A DNA stretch of 63,183 nt, filler included, from Perkinsus olseni (taxonomy: Eukaryota), in assembly GCA_013115125.1 (NCBI GenBank). It is 39 parts of 39 records of this genome, joined end to end, with 100 filler letters (N's around TTAATTAATTAA, not from the genome) between each part and the next. Parts side by side here need not be neighbours in the genome. Positions count along the whole stretch, not along the records: positions 47,302 to 48,808 come from JABANN010001864.1; positions 48,909 to 50,415 come from JABANN010001865.1; positions 50,516 to 52,021 come from JABANN010001866.1; positions 52,122 to 53,627 come from JABANN010001867.1; positions 53,728 to 55,232 come from JABANN010001868.1; positions 55,333 to 56,828 come from JABANN010001869.1; positions 56,929 to 58,424 come from JABANN010001870.1; positions 58,525 to 60,013 come from JABANN010001871.1; 31 more parts are not named here. One strand, 5' to 3'. This document shows, piece after piece, positions 48,547-60,879 of this stretch. The stretch's first letter is position 1. Every line of letters begins with the position of its first letter. The translations under genes and the position numbers were made by a program. The notes beneath the pieces were generated by a model, which did no database searches, was not told the DNA's origin, and was given only the letters and a program-made list of their open reading frames with translations.

Positions 48547-48808
48547 ATGTCCTCCTCTAACAACAAAGTACCCGCTATTGGTATCGATCTTGGTACAACA
48601 TACTCCTGTGTTGGTGTCTGGAAGAACGATGCCGTTGAGATTATCGCCAACGATCAGGGTAACCGGACTACTCCTTCTTACGTGGCCTTTACTGATACTG
48701 AACGTTTGGTCGGTGATGCTGCCAAGAACCAAGTAGCTAGGAACCCCGAGAACACCGTCTTCGACGCCAAGCGACTGATTGGTCGTAAGTTCGACGATCC
48801 GGTGGTCC
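48547..48808 (+). CDS. HSP70: HSP70, 5' end of the next tandem copy
   Basis: [15 protein letters not shown]...[15 protein letters not shown]...[11 protein letters not shown]. Confidence 0.98.
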
Positions 48809-50515
48809 NNNNNNNNNNNNNNNNNNNNNNNNNNNNNNNNNNNNNNNNNNNNTTAATTAATTAANNNNNNNNNNNNNNNNNNNNNNNNNNNNNNNNNNNN
48901 NNNNNNNNTTCTGAGACCCAGAATCATTCTCGGCAATGATGTTGCCTTCGGAGAGCAAATTGACTGTCTCAGGATAGCACTGGCAGTTTCTTTCCGCCTG
49001 CAACCAGAAGAAGAATTGCGGGAATTCGGCGCAGCGAGTCTCGAAGGAAGCCGTCCTATGACTGGTGGCTCAATCTCAATTTATTCCATACCGAGACACT
49101 TTCAGGAGATAGTGACACTATCATAGTGCCCTAAATGCCTTTTGGAGCCCGACCTATTGAATGCGTCCTATTTAGAAGGCTACACATCGACTCCAGTATA
49201 CTTCCATTGAAAGTTCGCGTCGCTGGATTCCCTATGTAGAAGAGGATATCTGCCATATTCCGGGAATATCCCGGAATGTGGAGTTGCACACCTTGCCAAC
49301 GCTACCTTGTAGGATACCGAACGCAACATTTTTCAAAGAAGGTGAGTCGTGTATATTGGATCATCCAGCATCTGCCGTCCAATATGGATGAACTTTCATC
49401 AACCTCGTCACTGTCGAGTCGCTAGACTTGAAGCCATCACGAAGCATCGTCAGCGCTTCAATGATGACGATCAACTTGTCTTTGAGTGTAGTGATCCACC
49501 TAGCAGTCTGCCAAGGGCGAAGGTTTACGGTCTGCACATTGCCTGATGCGACAGCTATCAAGTCCATGACATCTAAGGCGATCAAAAACTTGACCATCTA
49601 GTCGCTACGCACAATAGTAGCACTCTTATGATAAGAGTCTTATCGATATGAACGAGTAGAAGGTAGTTCAAAGAGGAGTTTTTTATACCCGGCACTCGAG
49701 CTCGCCCACCTAGTTGATATGAAGCCAACTGGAGTATGAGATGGCAGCCTTTTTTCAATGAGGCTTTCTCTTACGTCTTTCAGTAAGCAACTCTATCTGA
49801 TGATTGAGATGACGGATCATCGCTCTCTACGCCGTAGAGTCTACGGTGCGGCTCGCCTCTTGGATACTATCGCTGGCGGGCATCTGCTCCTCCTGCATAG
49901 GCTCAAAACTTGTCACGAATGGCAATTAAAGCTCTCAGTCACAGTCTATGCCTGCCTTGGGGGGAATGTAATCAACTCGCGAATCTTCTAACTTGATTCA
50001 TTCTCGCCGCGGCCGATGAGCCCACCCTTTAGTTCAACTGCTAGACCGAGCGTCAGCGTCGGATTCTCGATGCGCCATGGATGCACCAGCTCATACCTCC
50101 GCCTCAGCCTTTGACTCCGCCTGCAGCGAGAAAGCGTCTCGCTCGCCAACCATTGGTCTCAGTTTTTGAGTTGTCGTATTCCGTCGAGAAACAGCCAAGG
50201 AAAGTCTCCTAGGCTCAGGGCTATCAGGGCATAAAGCTCTGACTATGATGATCACTTGCTCAAGTCCCTCAAGAACTCTCGTCTCGTCAACTATAATGAA
50301 GAAGGCACCGTCATTCAAATGCCATGGACCTATTTTGAGAACTAGTAGAACCTGATAGTCGCATATTTCTAGGAGAGTTATTAGTGTCATAGTGTCCGAA
50401 GTCCTCGGAGAATGGNNNNNNNNNNNNNNNNNNNNNNNNNNNNNNNNNNNNNNNNNNNNTTAATTAATTAANNNNNNNNNNNNNNNNNNNNNNNNNNNNN
50501 NNNNNNNNNNNNNNN

Positions 50516-52021
50516 GTGACGATTTGGTTAAGAAGTACGATGAGCAATTTGAAGGTTGGTTGGAACAAGGTTTTATAAGCCCTGTTCCTGATGATCAAGT
50601 GAAGCACTACTTGTTTCATCATCCAGTTATTCGTGTTGGCCACCCTACTACCCCTGTTCGTCCGGTTATCAACGGTCAGTCACTCGACCCATACTTGAAT
50701 GAAACTGTATGTGAGTTGCTTAGGATCGTTGATATCTTGGTTGGTTGGAGGCAAGCTCGTAAGTGGGCAGCCTTCGACTTGAGTAAGGCATTCTTACGCA
50801 TTCAAATGCGCAAAGAGGATTGTCCTTACCTTGGTATTTATTGGAAGAACCAAAGCTATGTCTTTAACGTCCTTCCATTTGGTCTAAGTATGAGTCCCTC
50901 TTGGTTGACGGCTAACATTAAAGAAGTGCTGGTACGTCTCAGTAAGGACCCCGCCTTCTCTTCGCAAGTTCTTCCTTACATGGATGACTTAATGTTGTTG
51001 GTACAAGATGGTGTAGACATCATAACACAACAGCATGCCTTGGTACGAAGGTTCGAAGAAGATGGTTTTCCTATTGCTACGTCTAAGACGGTTTGGTTTA
51101 CTCAAGCCGAGTCGTCTAAGATTTTAGGTGTTCCTTGGTATGGCGCTCTTTCCGACTCTATAGGAGTTAGCTTCACCTTCAAAGGAGATGTTGTTGATTC
51201 TCGTAGAAAGTTGGTAGCCATGGTTAACGCCTTTTACGACCCGTTAGGGCTTTGCCTCGAGTTCGAGATGACTGGGCGAAAACTAATGAGGTTGGTATCT
51301 TCTCTAGAATGGGATGCAGATCTAACGCCTGAACTCTATTCCGAAGCTAATTCCTGGCTAATTAAAGCTAAGAAGATTGCCAAAGAATTTAGATGTCCTA
51401 GGTTAATAGACTGCTCTCAGTTGGTTGTTTATGCCGATGCTAGTGCTGATTCTTGGGGAGTTGATGTCCGAGACCGCCAAGGTGTACGCGTATTAGCTGT
51501 TGGTGGGTTATTTCCTGTCGACAGACAGGAAAAATGGACTATCCCTAAGAAGGAACTACTAGCCTTGGTTCATAGTCGAGAAGTAGTAACCCGTATCTGG
51601 AAAGATTTCGCTGATAGTGATAGCAAGAGGTCTGTGATTATCCTTAGTGATTCTCAGATTAATTGTTACCGCCTTCATAAGGAAATTCAATCCAAAGATA
51701 CAAAAGCGTGGGAGTTGAAGACAATAGCTTCCTTACGTGGTTGGTTACTAAATAATGATGTTATTCTTCGTCATGTTGCTACTGATTGGAATGTAGCCGA
51801 TGCGATTACTCGTGGTTGTTTTCCTAATCTGGTCAGCTCAGATAAGATCAACGCCACTATAGGTTGGTTGAGCTCTGGTTATTCTAACCAGGCTCCTTGG
51901 GGAGATACTATCAACTTCGAACATGAAGAATTGAAGTTTGAGAAGGCCCTCAAGAAAGACTACGATAGCCAGTCTATGTTAGTAACCGATCAACATGAAG
52001 AAGAATGTGCTAATGCCAAGA
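50516..52021 (+). mobile_element. Bel/Pao-like pol fragment: RT and RNase H
   Basis: [63 protein letters not shown]. Confidence 0.93.
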
Positions 52022-53727
52022 NNNNNNNNNNNNNNNNNNNNNNNNNNNNNNNNNNNNNNNNNNNNTTAATTAATTAANNNNNNNNNNNNNNNNNNNNNNN
52101 NNNNNNNNNNNNNNNNNNNNNATCAGTATCTCCACGTCCCAACTGCCTCTACTGGAGTGGACCTGTATCAGCTTCAGAGATGATATGTGTGATCGGTTAG
52201 ACGGTTACCGATGACTTCAATTCTTGATCGAACGTTGTATCATTCTCATTGTTGTCCTTACCATGATTTTATGTGTGGCCCACCACACAGTAGTACTGTA
52301 CCAGTACCCATTATAAAAAAAATTTTTCTTCCCGTCCTCTGATAGAGAACCTCTATTGATACTAGTCATTACTATGGACTAGGAATGATCCCCACGCCTC
52401 ACTGGTTGAGTTCTACAGTAACGGATTGAGCACGAATCCCCACCCTTGGGTGAGCGGTCACCGCTCAGCGGTGGGAAAACAGAAGCTTCAAATATTCAGT
52501 CGCGCCCATAGAAAAGGTCAACTGACGTGTGCAAGAATGCAGTAGAGCGGTGCGGTGATTTCTCTTCAAGAAGAATTCTAGAAGACTATAAAACCCCAAC
52601 CATGAGCGCAGGTTTGGTGTAAGTTCAGCAGAGTTTGCTGACTCGCTGAGATCACTGAAGAGCGAAATCGTCGACGGCGAGGGAGTGAGCTACACATTAA
52701 TTACAACAATTGACAACCGGATATGAATGCAGGATGCAGGGCTGCTGTTGACGCTGTCAACTTGACAGCAGCTTGCTTTCCGTGCACCGCAATGCGGTCA
52801 ATGTCCGGCCGTCGTATGACGGCGTCCTTTATGCGCTAGCCGGGAAGGCATGCCAGGGAATCCCCGACGGGGATTTACTAAATCCCCGTCCGAATCCCCG
52901 TAAACCCTAAATCCGATTTAGGGTTGACGTTCCTGGACGAGGCTTGTGGATGCTGCCCGACTCGGGCAGCCACACTCTCTGAAGGTTGTCACGGGTAACA
53001 TATTGTGGCGACGAAGTGTCCATTTTCGTCGGACCTCGAAAAATAAACTGTTCGATACAGTATCATTCAGTGGATAACGATAACGGTAACCGTTAAACCG
53101 TTAAACGGTTATCGGAGTCGGCCAGGATGACCCCGATGGCCGGTATCGTTATCGCACAGTGATCTTTCAATTCGAGTGAAACCTCTGAGTGTAGGGAGGG
53201 AGAGGGGGGCGTGCGAGCGCCGGAACCTGAGGCAAGCGCAGTTCCGTGAGAGAGCTCCCGGAACTGCCGAAACCCAAGCGATCACGGACTTGCAGGCCCA
53301 TGAAGGCCGAGTATTCGACCCAGCACCTTGCCCAGGGCAAGTTGCCCTGGTAACGGTGCTAGACACGTCCAGCCCGCCCCATCCTTTGGATGGAGACGAG
53401 CTCACCCACACTCTCGGTTTTGCAGGGTTCAGGGCTAAAAAAAGACGGAGAGAGGCCTCAGGCCTCGCCGCCAGGCTGGCGGCGCGACCCACGCGTCTCC
53501 GCAGGGACGCAGCCGTCTTCCTCCCGAATATAAGTGAGTCAAGTCAACTCAAGTAGCCGAAGACAGACATTGGTATAGCCCCGACATTGAGGGCCAGCCT
53601 TCGTGGCTCTCCGTCTCCTGGGTTGTTNNNNNNNNNNNNNNNNNNNNNNNNNNNNNNNNNNNNNNNNNNNNTTAATTAATTAANNNNNNNNNNNNNNNNN
53701 NNNNNNNNNNNNNNNNNNNNNNNNNNN

Positions 53728-55232
53728 ATCTCACACGGTGGTGCCCAGGTGACCGGTCATCTTCGACCACTTCAGCGAGAGGGCAGACGGACAGACTGTC
53801 CACGGCGGCACGGTTGGCTGTCAAGGGGGTCTTGGGTGGTTGGTTGATGGACTCGATGTTGGAGACATCAGCACCTGACCGAGACGACAGAGCCAAGCCG
53901 AGGGAAGGGAACATGTTCGTTCCGATAAGGATGTCTGGGTCAGCACCGTCACAGACCAAAAACCTCAGATGGCCGGAGCACTGACCGCTTGAGAAAGCCG
54001 CCTTGGCCACATGTGTGCCACGGAGTGAGTTGCCGTCAGCCACGCCTACTGGGATGTCGTTGTTGAGGGCGACGACGTCATTAGGGTCAAGCACCTTGGA
54101 CTCCAAGAGGTAGGCCAGGAGGCCTCTGCTCATGAGGGACACGTTGGCACCAGAGTCCACCAGAGACTCTGCATGGCACACACGCTCACATCCACCTCCC
54201 AGCTTCAGACGGACATGCGGTTGGCTACCGCCCCTGACGTTAGTCTGGTCCTCGAAGGCCGCTGCAGCTTTGGCAGTGATGATAGCGCTACGAGCAGAAG
54301 CGGTTGGGAACTTACCGACAAACTTGGAGAGGGGATCCGACTCCTGCGTCGGGAGAGACGTGGTTGCCACTGCTGACTGCTGTGGTGCCTCGGCGTTGGT
54401 GCCCGGAGTGGGAGCTCTACATACACCAGCTACATGTCCTTTGCGATTACAGCGAGAACATATAACACGCTTGGGCGAGATACGACAGTGATGTCGGCTA
54501 TTAGAGGCCTTGATATCACCACAGGTGCCACATCTCTCGGCTCGTCGGTGAATGCTCTCGGCTGGGGCAGTGCAATCTCGGGCAAAGTGTCCTCGGACGG
54601 AGCAACGCAGACAACCGTCTTGTGGAATACCAAGGGTCCCCGAGATGGCCGTATGCACCCTTGCATAGCAGGGGTCGGTGTCCATGACAACGGTCTTGGC
54701 AGACTGACGGGACTTGCTGGCAGGATTGGTAGTGGCAGCACTAGTGGTCGGCAGTGTCGGTTGAGCGGTTGCCGGAGTGGTGGTTGTGAACAAACCCTGC
54801 TGCTCAGCGTTGGAGTAGAAGGACTTGAAAGTGGCTTTGAACTTATCATAGTCCAGGATGCCACTGGGGTTGGTCATGGCCAATGCCAGCTTGCACTTGG
54901 GACAAGTGAAGCCACGTTGAAGGAGAGCGATCTTGTCGATCGTGGACACTTTCCCTTCCCCGGGATAGGTCATCTCCCTCAGGTGGAGCACGTGCTCGAA
55001 CTCCTTGATATAGTCGTAGGGCGACTGGCCAGGCGACTGTTGAGTGGATACCCAACGATTCTGTAGGGCACACTTTTCGGCGACGGTGAGGAACTCGTCG
55101 TCGAGAGCTTGAAGGACAGTGTCGCAGTGGGGAGTGTCGGTGTTACCTGCCGCGAGCTTGATGTCCTTCTTCAGCGGCTGCTCCAGTAGGTGTAGGATGG
55201 CGGCACCTCTCACCCGGGGTGATGGGTGAGAC
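53728..55232 (-). mobile_element. LTR retrotransposon gag-protease fragment
   Basis: QSPGQSPYDYIKEF; zinc knuckles CLRCSVRGHFARDC and CSRCNRKGHVAGVC; aspartic protease LVDSGANVSLM...ILIG. Confidence 0.92.
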
Positions 55233-55332
55233 NNNNNNNNNNNNNNNNNNNNNNNNNNNNNNNNNNNNNNNNNNNNTTAATTAATTAANNNNNNNNNNNN
55301 NNNNNNNNNNNNNNNNNNNNNNNNNNNNNNNN

Positions 55333-55404
55333 CGAAGGTGTACGAGTATTCGAGACATGAGTCGAAAATGTACGAGTTTTCGGTGTACGAGTCGTGAACA
55401 TCCC
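55333..55404 (-). repeat. TCGTACAC-family repeat end, copy 3
   Basis: Minus strand GGGATGTTCACGACTCGTACACCGAAAACTCGTACATTTTCGACTCATGTC; contig breaks inside it. Confidence 0.75.
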
Positions 55405-57196
55405 GCATTGAGCATACCCTGGGGAACACGCCCATGGGCCAATAGCCGAACAAGCGTAGACCTAAAAGAGCTACCTGTGGTTTTATTGATGCTTCTATTG
55501 GAAGGGTCCGTCAATGAAGCTCTTTTCGATAGGGGGTTTGTTGTTTCCACAGCTAACTTTCCGCAGCAATCGTCCGAGAGAGCCGTTTCATGAACCAACT
55601 CTATCCTTGACTGAGCTGTTTAAATGCTCATAAAGTAGTATGGGTGTTGTACATACATTTTGGATCGGAAAGACCTTCAGTCAGAGGGTTTGCCTATAAT
55701 CTAGCACTCGGCGTAATCTCGGTGAGTAGTCACTTCGTTCAACGAAGCGCCATATCGGCACCGTTACAACGAAGTTCGTTGTAACGGTGCCGATATGGCG
55801 TTCCATCTAGCAGCTCGCAATAGTTGTAACGGTGTCAATATGGCGCTCCATCCAGCAGCTCGCAAAAGGCCGATCAGGAGTAACCTTCCCGTCGTCGCCT
55901 AGCTTCGCCTCTCAATAGGCAACAACCCGCCGAAATCAAGGTAGTATTCGTTGGACCTGCCCTGTCCGCGTTCTGCCAGGGAAGCAGCGGGGAAGCGGTG
56001 CCGGTTGGGGATAAGCTAGGTTACTGTAACATTCGTTCCGCTGTCGAGCTTACGCCCTTTCGCGACGCCGTTGTCAAACCAAAGAGCCAACTGTAGGCAT
56101 GAGGTGATCAAGTGGAGGGCCAACAAGGGGCAAGAAGGCGAGATCATGGCGACATAAATCATCAACCAGCTTCTACCTTCGCCGAGAGCGGACAAGTCGG
56201 CGACGCTAACAAGTCGGTCAGCATGGTCATCTTGCCGGTCTGCAGAGTAGGTTGTGGGCTATCTCAGGCCTCCTCGGACCGCATGATAACGCTGCTAACT
56301 ACGGCGGCGGGGACGGGGTAGTACTTTGGAGTTACATGGTGCTCTGTTGAGGATTTTGGAATTCAAATTGTGATCAACTACAACGGAAAAGCTACTGCAC
56401 CTTATAGACAGCTGTTGAAGCACTCAACCAACTAGCTTTCGCGAGGTTTACAAAAGATTCGTGAACCTGATTGTGGTATTGTCTCCTCTTTAAACTACCT
56501 TGTGAACCTCTTGTATTGTCATATCCCAAAAAAAGGGACCAGTTCTGTTGGTGGGACGGAGCGGGACTGCTGGGGAGACGCGACTGCAAGATCTTCTACA
56601 CTGAGCGTTTAGACAATTCAGTCAAGGAGATGTGGTCGATGAGACTGCTCTGTCGAACAATTATCCCGGAACCTCAGTTGTGGAAAGAACGAGCTCCGTA
56701 CCGAACTGGTCGAATCAGCTCCCTATCACATTCGTTTCACCGAGTTAGTGCCCCTCTAACGAACACACCTGGACCGATATCATCATTTTCTGAAGGGCCG
56801 TGAGTGAAACGACAGCTAGCTCCCCCCCNNNNNNNNNNNNNNNNNNNNNNNNNNNNNNNNNNNNNNNNNNNNTTAATTAATTAANNNNNNNNNNNNNNNN
56901 NNNNNNNNNNNNNNNNNNNNNNNNNNNNTTAATGTATCGATTACATGGGCGCGCTCTTCGGAATTGGGTAAATTCAGGATTGGGTAAAATCGGGAAGAGC
57001 CCGATTCCGCTAGTTTTGGAGGGCACTTGGTGGTAACGTGCCATAAGGAGGAGGACGTCTGGGAGCAACTCGGGGACTGCATTTTTTATCGTTGTGCCTT
57101 CGTCTCTATTGCGTTGGCCGTCCCTGCGTCATCCCCTGTTACTTGAATACCACAAGACTCGGTACAGTTTGAACTTATAATCTCAAAGTATCCGAA

Positions 57197-58297
57197 ATGT
57201 CCATGCAGTCGTCGCAGTACTATGCTCCAATCAGTTTGAAAGGAGCAAGAGCCCTCATTACCGGAGCTACAGCGGGTATCGGTCGGGCCACAGCCAGGCG
57301 TCTTGCCGAACTCGGCTGTGAGCTCTATTTAGTAAGAATCTTCAGGAGACTCTCTGTGCATCCATTCATGTTTCAGTTGGGCCGCCGTACTGACAGGCTG
57401 GAGGCCCTCCAGAAGGAGTTGGAGGGGCAATTCCCAGAAGTGAAGGTCCACTGTATACCGTTCGATGTGAAAGATACCAAAGCCATTGAAGAGCTCCCCG
57501 GCACAGTAAGCATCATCGCGATGTCTCGGCTGTCTATGCTTCTCTTTATCAGATCGGTGACCCTCTGGACATTCTCGTCAATAACGCTGGTTATGCTGCC
57601 GGTGTCCCCAAGGCTTGGGAGGCCGATGTTGATGATATACGGGGCATGTTCGAAGTAAGTTGATGATAAGCTCGGGAAGGAGTGGTATGTTCCACGGCAG
57701 GTGAATGTCATCGGCTATATGGCAATGATCAAAGCATTCGTCCCTGGTATGTTGAAGGCTGGCAAGGGGCATATCCTCAATGTCAGCTCGGTCGCTGGAC
57801 GTGAGGTATAGCCGCTGCATCGCTCCGCTAATTTCAACCTTCCACAATTTGCAGCCCTATACCGGTGGTTCGATCTACAACGGGACGAAGTTCGCAGTGA
57901 ATGGCTACTCGATAGCTGCCCGTATGGACCTTGTCGATACCCCCATCCGTGTCACCTGTGTGTCACCAGGTCTGGTCGAGACTGAGTTCTCATTGGTAGG
58001 ATGCTCTACTGCAGCTACCTATCACGACACTATCATCATCAGGTCCGACTAGAAGACGAGAAGGCAGCGGATGCCGTCTATGAGGGCGTAATCCCCCTCA
58101 ATGCCAACGACATCGCTGATAACATTGTGTATGCTCTCACTAGACCGAGGCATGTCCAAATAGCAGATATCACCACCTATGCTACCAACCAGGTCAGCTC
58201 TCTTCCTCACACCATCTCTCAATATCAGCTCTATCGTCAGGCACGGGCCAACATGGTAGCGAGGGTCGGCAAGGATCTTGGTGCCGAGTCCTCTTAA
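57197..58297 (+). CDS. Complete SDR oxidoreductase (YdfG/NADP-dependent 3-hydroxy acid dehydrogenase-like), 7 exons, 272 aa
   Basis: [30 protein letters not shown]; introns 57332-57376, 57506-57552, 57655-57700, 57806-57854, 57996-58042, 58193-58240, all GT-AG and joining in frame. Confidence 0.93.
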
Positions 58298-58733
58298 GCT
58301 CGGTTCTCGCGAGTTATGTGAGATACTCTTCTAAAGCCACTAATGCTTACCATTGGTTTCCTTTGTCCAGCTGAGTAGTGCTGCAAGCCTTGTGTTGATA
58401 GTCATCAAATAAGATCATACTCAGNNNNNNNNNNNNNNNNNNNNNNNNNNNNNNNNNNNNNNNNNNNNTTAATTAATTAANNNNNNNNNNNNNNNNNNNN
58501 NNNNNNNNNNNNNNNNNNNNNNNNTCGCGGGGCCCTTCCCGCTCGGGCTAACATTTGTGAGGTACCCCGCATGGAAGCGAGCCCTCCGTTCACCCAGCGA
58601 TATGTTCTAGTACCCTGTGGATTGCTCATTGTACAAGACTAAGCGTATCGCCGGTTCACACCCTCTCCATCGCAGCCCAATATCTCCGGATCTTGTGTTA
58701 CACTTCTAGCAGCTCAGCTGCGAGTGTTGCTAG

Positions 58734-60013
58734 ATCCCAGCCACCTTAACCGTTGTAGGTTTATCAAGCTATCAAGTTTATCAAGTTCTTTCCTTGGCGT
58801 CGTCGATACCGTGCCGTCATCGGCCAACCTCCCAACTGGGAACAGTCCTCCTCTGGCTTTAAGCCGGGGAGCAATAGGCAGGGCACACACCCGAGATCGT
58901 ACATCCACACTCCACCCGATCCCGGATGCGTCACAGCTTACAATCAGTAACAGACCATCTCCTGGAAGGGAGTTCGCTTCCACAAGTGCAGTGCACTTAG
59001 TGCACCAAGCTTTGCTGGCACGAAGCGTGGCACCGGGGAGATCTTCCCAACATAGTCGACCCAGTGGTTGACTTCCTTTATGAGGGGCAAAGGAACAGCG
59101 GCTCTATAGGTTTCTTGGCAGCTCGCTCCTGGGGGAAGCTTCTCGTTGATGGCCAACACCACTCTGCGCCAAAGAAGGCGTGCCGCCATACCAACTTCCA
59201 GAAACCTTCCCAAGGGGTCGTAGAAGGACGATAAACATTGGCTGACTTTTCGCTTCGAAACATGTCCATCCTCTGGTAGTCGGCCACCGCTGAAAGCTGG
59301 TAGAAGATGGTCATTGGTGGTATACCGGTATCCCAGAGCGGCAGAGCCTGGTTTGGGAGCCCACGAACGAAACTCCTTGACCTCAGAGAAGCCAAAGCCT
59401 CGAAAGGAGGCAACCGATGTCATCACTTCTCTACTCCATAACACTTGCCATACATGATAACCAGGGAACTCCCAATCATCAACGTAATCTTCCCAACATA
59501 ACTCACGAACGAGTTGTAATCGGCAATCCGCAGAAACGTCTGATACCGTAACCGGACGAGTGTCAAAGGCACTAGTGATGATAGGTCGGGCATAATCATA
59601 CTCTGGGACATCATATATCGTCGGGACACCATCATGGTATTGTTCATGTAAGTAGTTAACCGGAGTGGATATCATGTCATTGAGGGATCTACCCTCGATG
59701 GATATGGTACCCGTACTCAGCTCTAGGCAACCCGGACTCGGCGATAGCCCAAATGCCATTGATGCCCATATGATTAAGATAGGAAGTGGTCTCGGATCCT
59801 CGGCAGTTGGAGACTTCTGTAGAATAGATGCACAGGTTGACGCTGTTCTGCTCGTCCATAAGACCTGGTTGAAGGCATGTTTGATGTCTGTGAAACACAC
59901 CGCTGGCATGATGCTCATGATCGTTAAGTAGCGAGTAACGTTCCACCTAGCAACACTCGCAGCTGAGCTGCTAGAAGTGTAACACAAGATCCGGAGATAT
60001 TGGGCTGCGATGG
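58734..60013 (-). pseudogene. Bel/Pao-like RT-RNase H with frameshift near 58970
   Basis: TDIKHAF, MAFGLSPSP, YVDD, YDPLG; the next frame gives SCDASGIGW and TTPRKEL. Confidence 0.85.
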
Positions 60014-60447
60014 NNNNNNNNNNNNNNNNNNNNNNNNNNNNNNNNNNNNNNNNNNNNTTAATTAATTAANNNNNNNNNNNNNNNNNNNNNNNNNNNNNNN
60101 NNNNNNNNNNNNNCCAGTATTAACAACGCGAGATTACTCGACAAGAGAGTTATCTGAAGCTGTCCGAGTTAACCCATCAAAGCTCGCAGCAGAGTCTGCT
60201 GCGCGGACAAGAGAGCTCCGGGATACGGTGCTCAGTTTGGCCCGCCATCTGCAAGCTCCTGAGGTCCAGCTCAGCATCGAATGGCCAAGAAGTATCGGAT
60301 CGGATTAAAAATTTCATGGGATAATAACGAAAGGCGTATGAGTCTCATACTGTGAGAGATGAAGTCTACGGAGATCTAAATCGGGATTCATCATCCTGGT
60401 GGACTCCCGAGACTTCCTCGTGCCTCCCAGTGCCTGAGGTAGCCGGG

Positions 60448-60879
60448 CTAACGAAGTAAGTCAATGGCATCGATGAAGGGGTACTTATAGATACCGTAGC
60501 AACCATAACCGAGCAGCATAGTGAACATGTCTTCAGATGGATTGTAGCGGATTCTCTCCCAGTCCTTGGCAATGAGGTTGAAATTCAGTCCGAAGGCGAT
60601 GAAGTGCCCACTTGTTGTATCCAGTTTCACCGTGTCTCCATCAGGCTCTAGAGCATACGGGATCGGACCCGTGTGGTAGGTGAGAGAGTTCTCGTCTTTC
60701 GTATACACAACGTCGATGTTGACTGTACCTGCAGGACCTCTTGTCGAAGGGGTGAACTTCCATATAGTCATGGAAATGGGTTGCCAATTATCGTCCGGGC
60801 TGAAATACACCTTGCTCGGAGGAAAGGGGGCCGCCCCAGACGTGAAGGCGACTGTCAGCAGGGTCAGGAGGCGAGACAT
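60448..60879 (-). CDS. Small secreted hypothetical protein (143 aa), intronless
   Basis: Signal-peptide-like MSRLLTLLTVAFTSGAA; clean ORF. Confidence 0.78.
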   Translation of the reverse strand: MSRLLTLLTVAFTSGAAPFPPSKVYFSPDDNWQPISMTIWKFTPSTRGPAGTVNIDVVYTKDENSLTYHTGPIPYALEPDGDTVKLDTTSGHFIAFGLNFNLIAKDWERIRYNPSEDMFTMLLGYGCYGIYKYPFIDAIDLLR

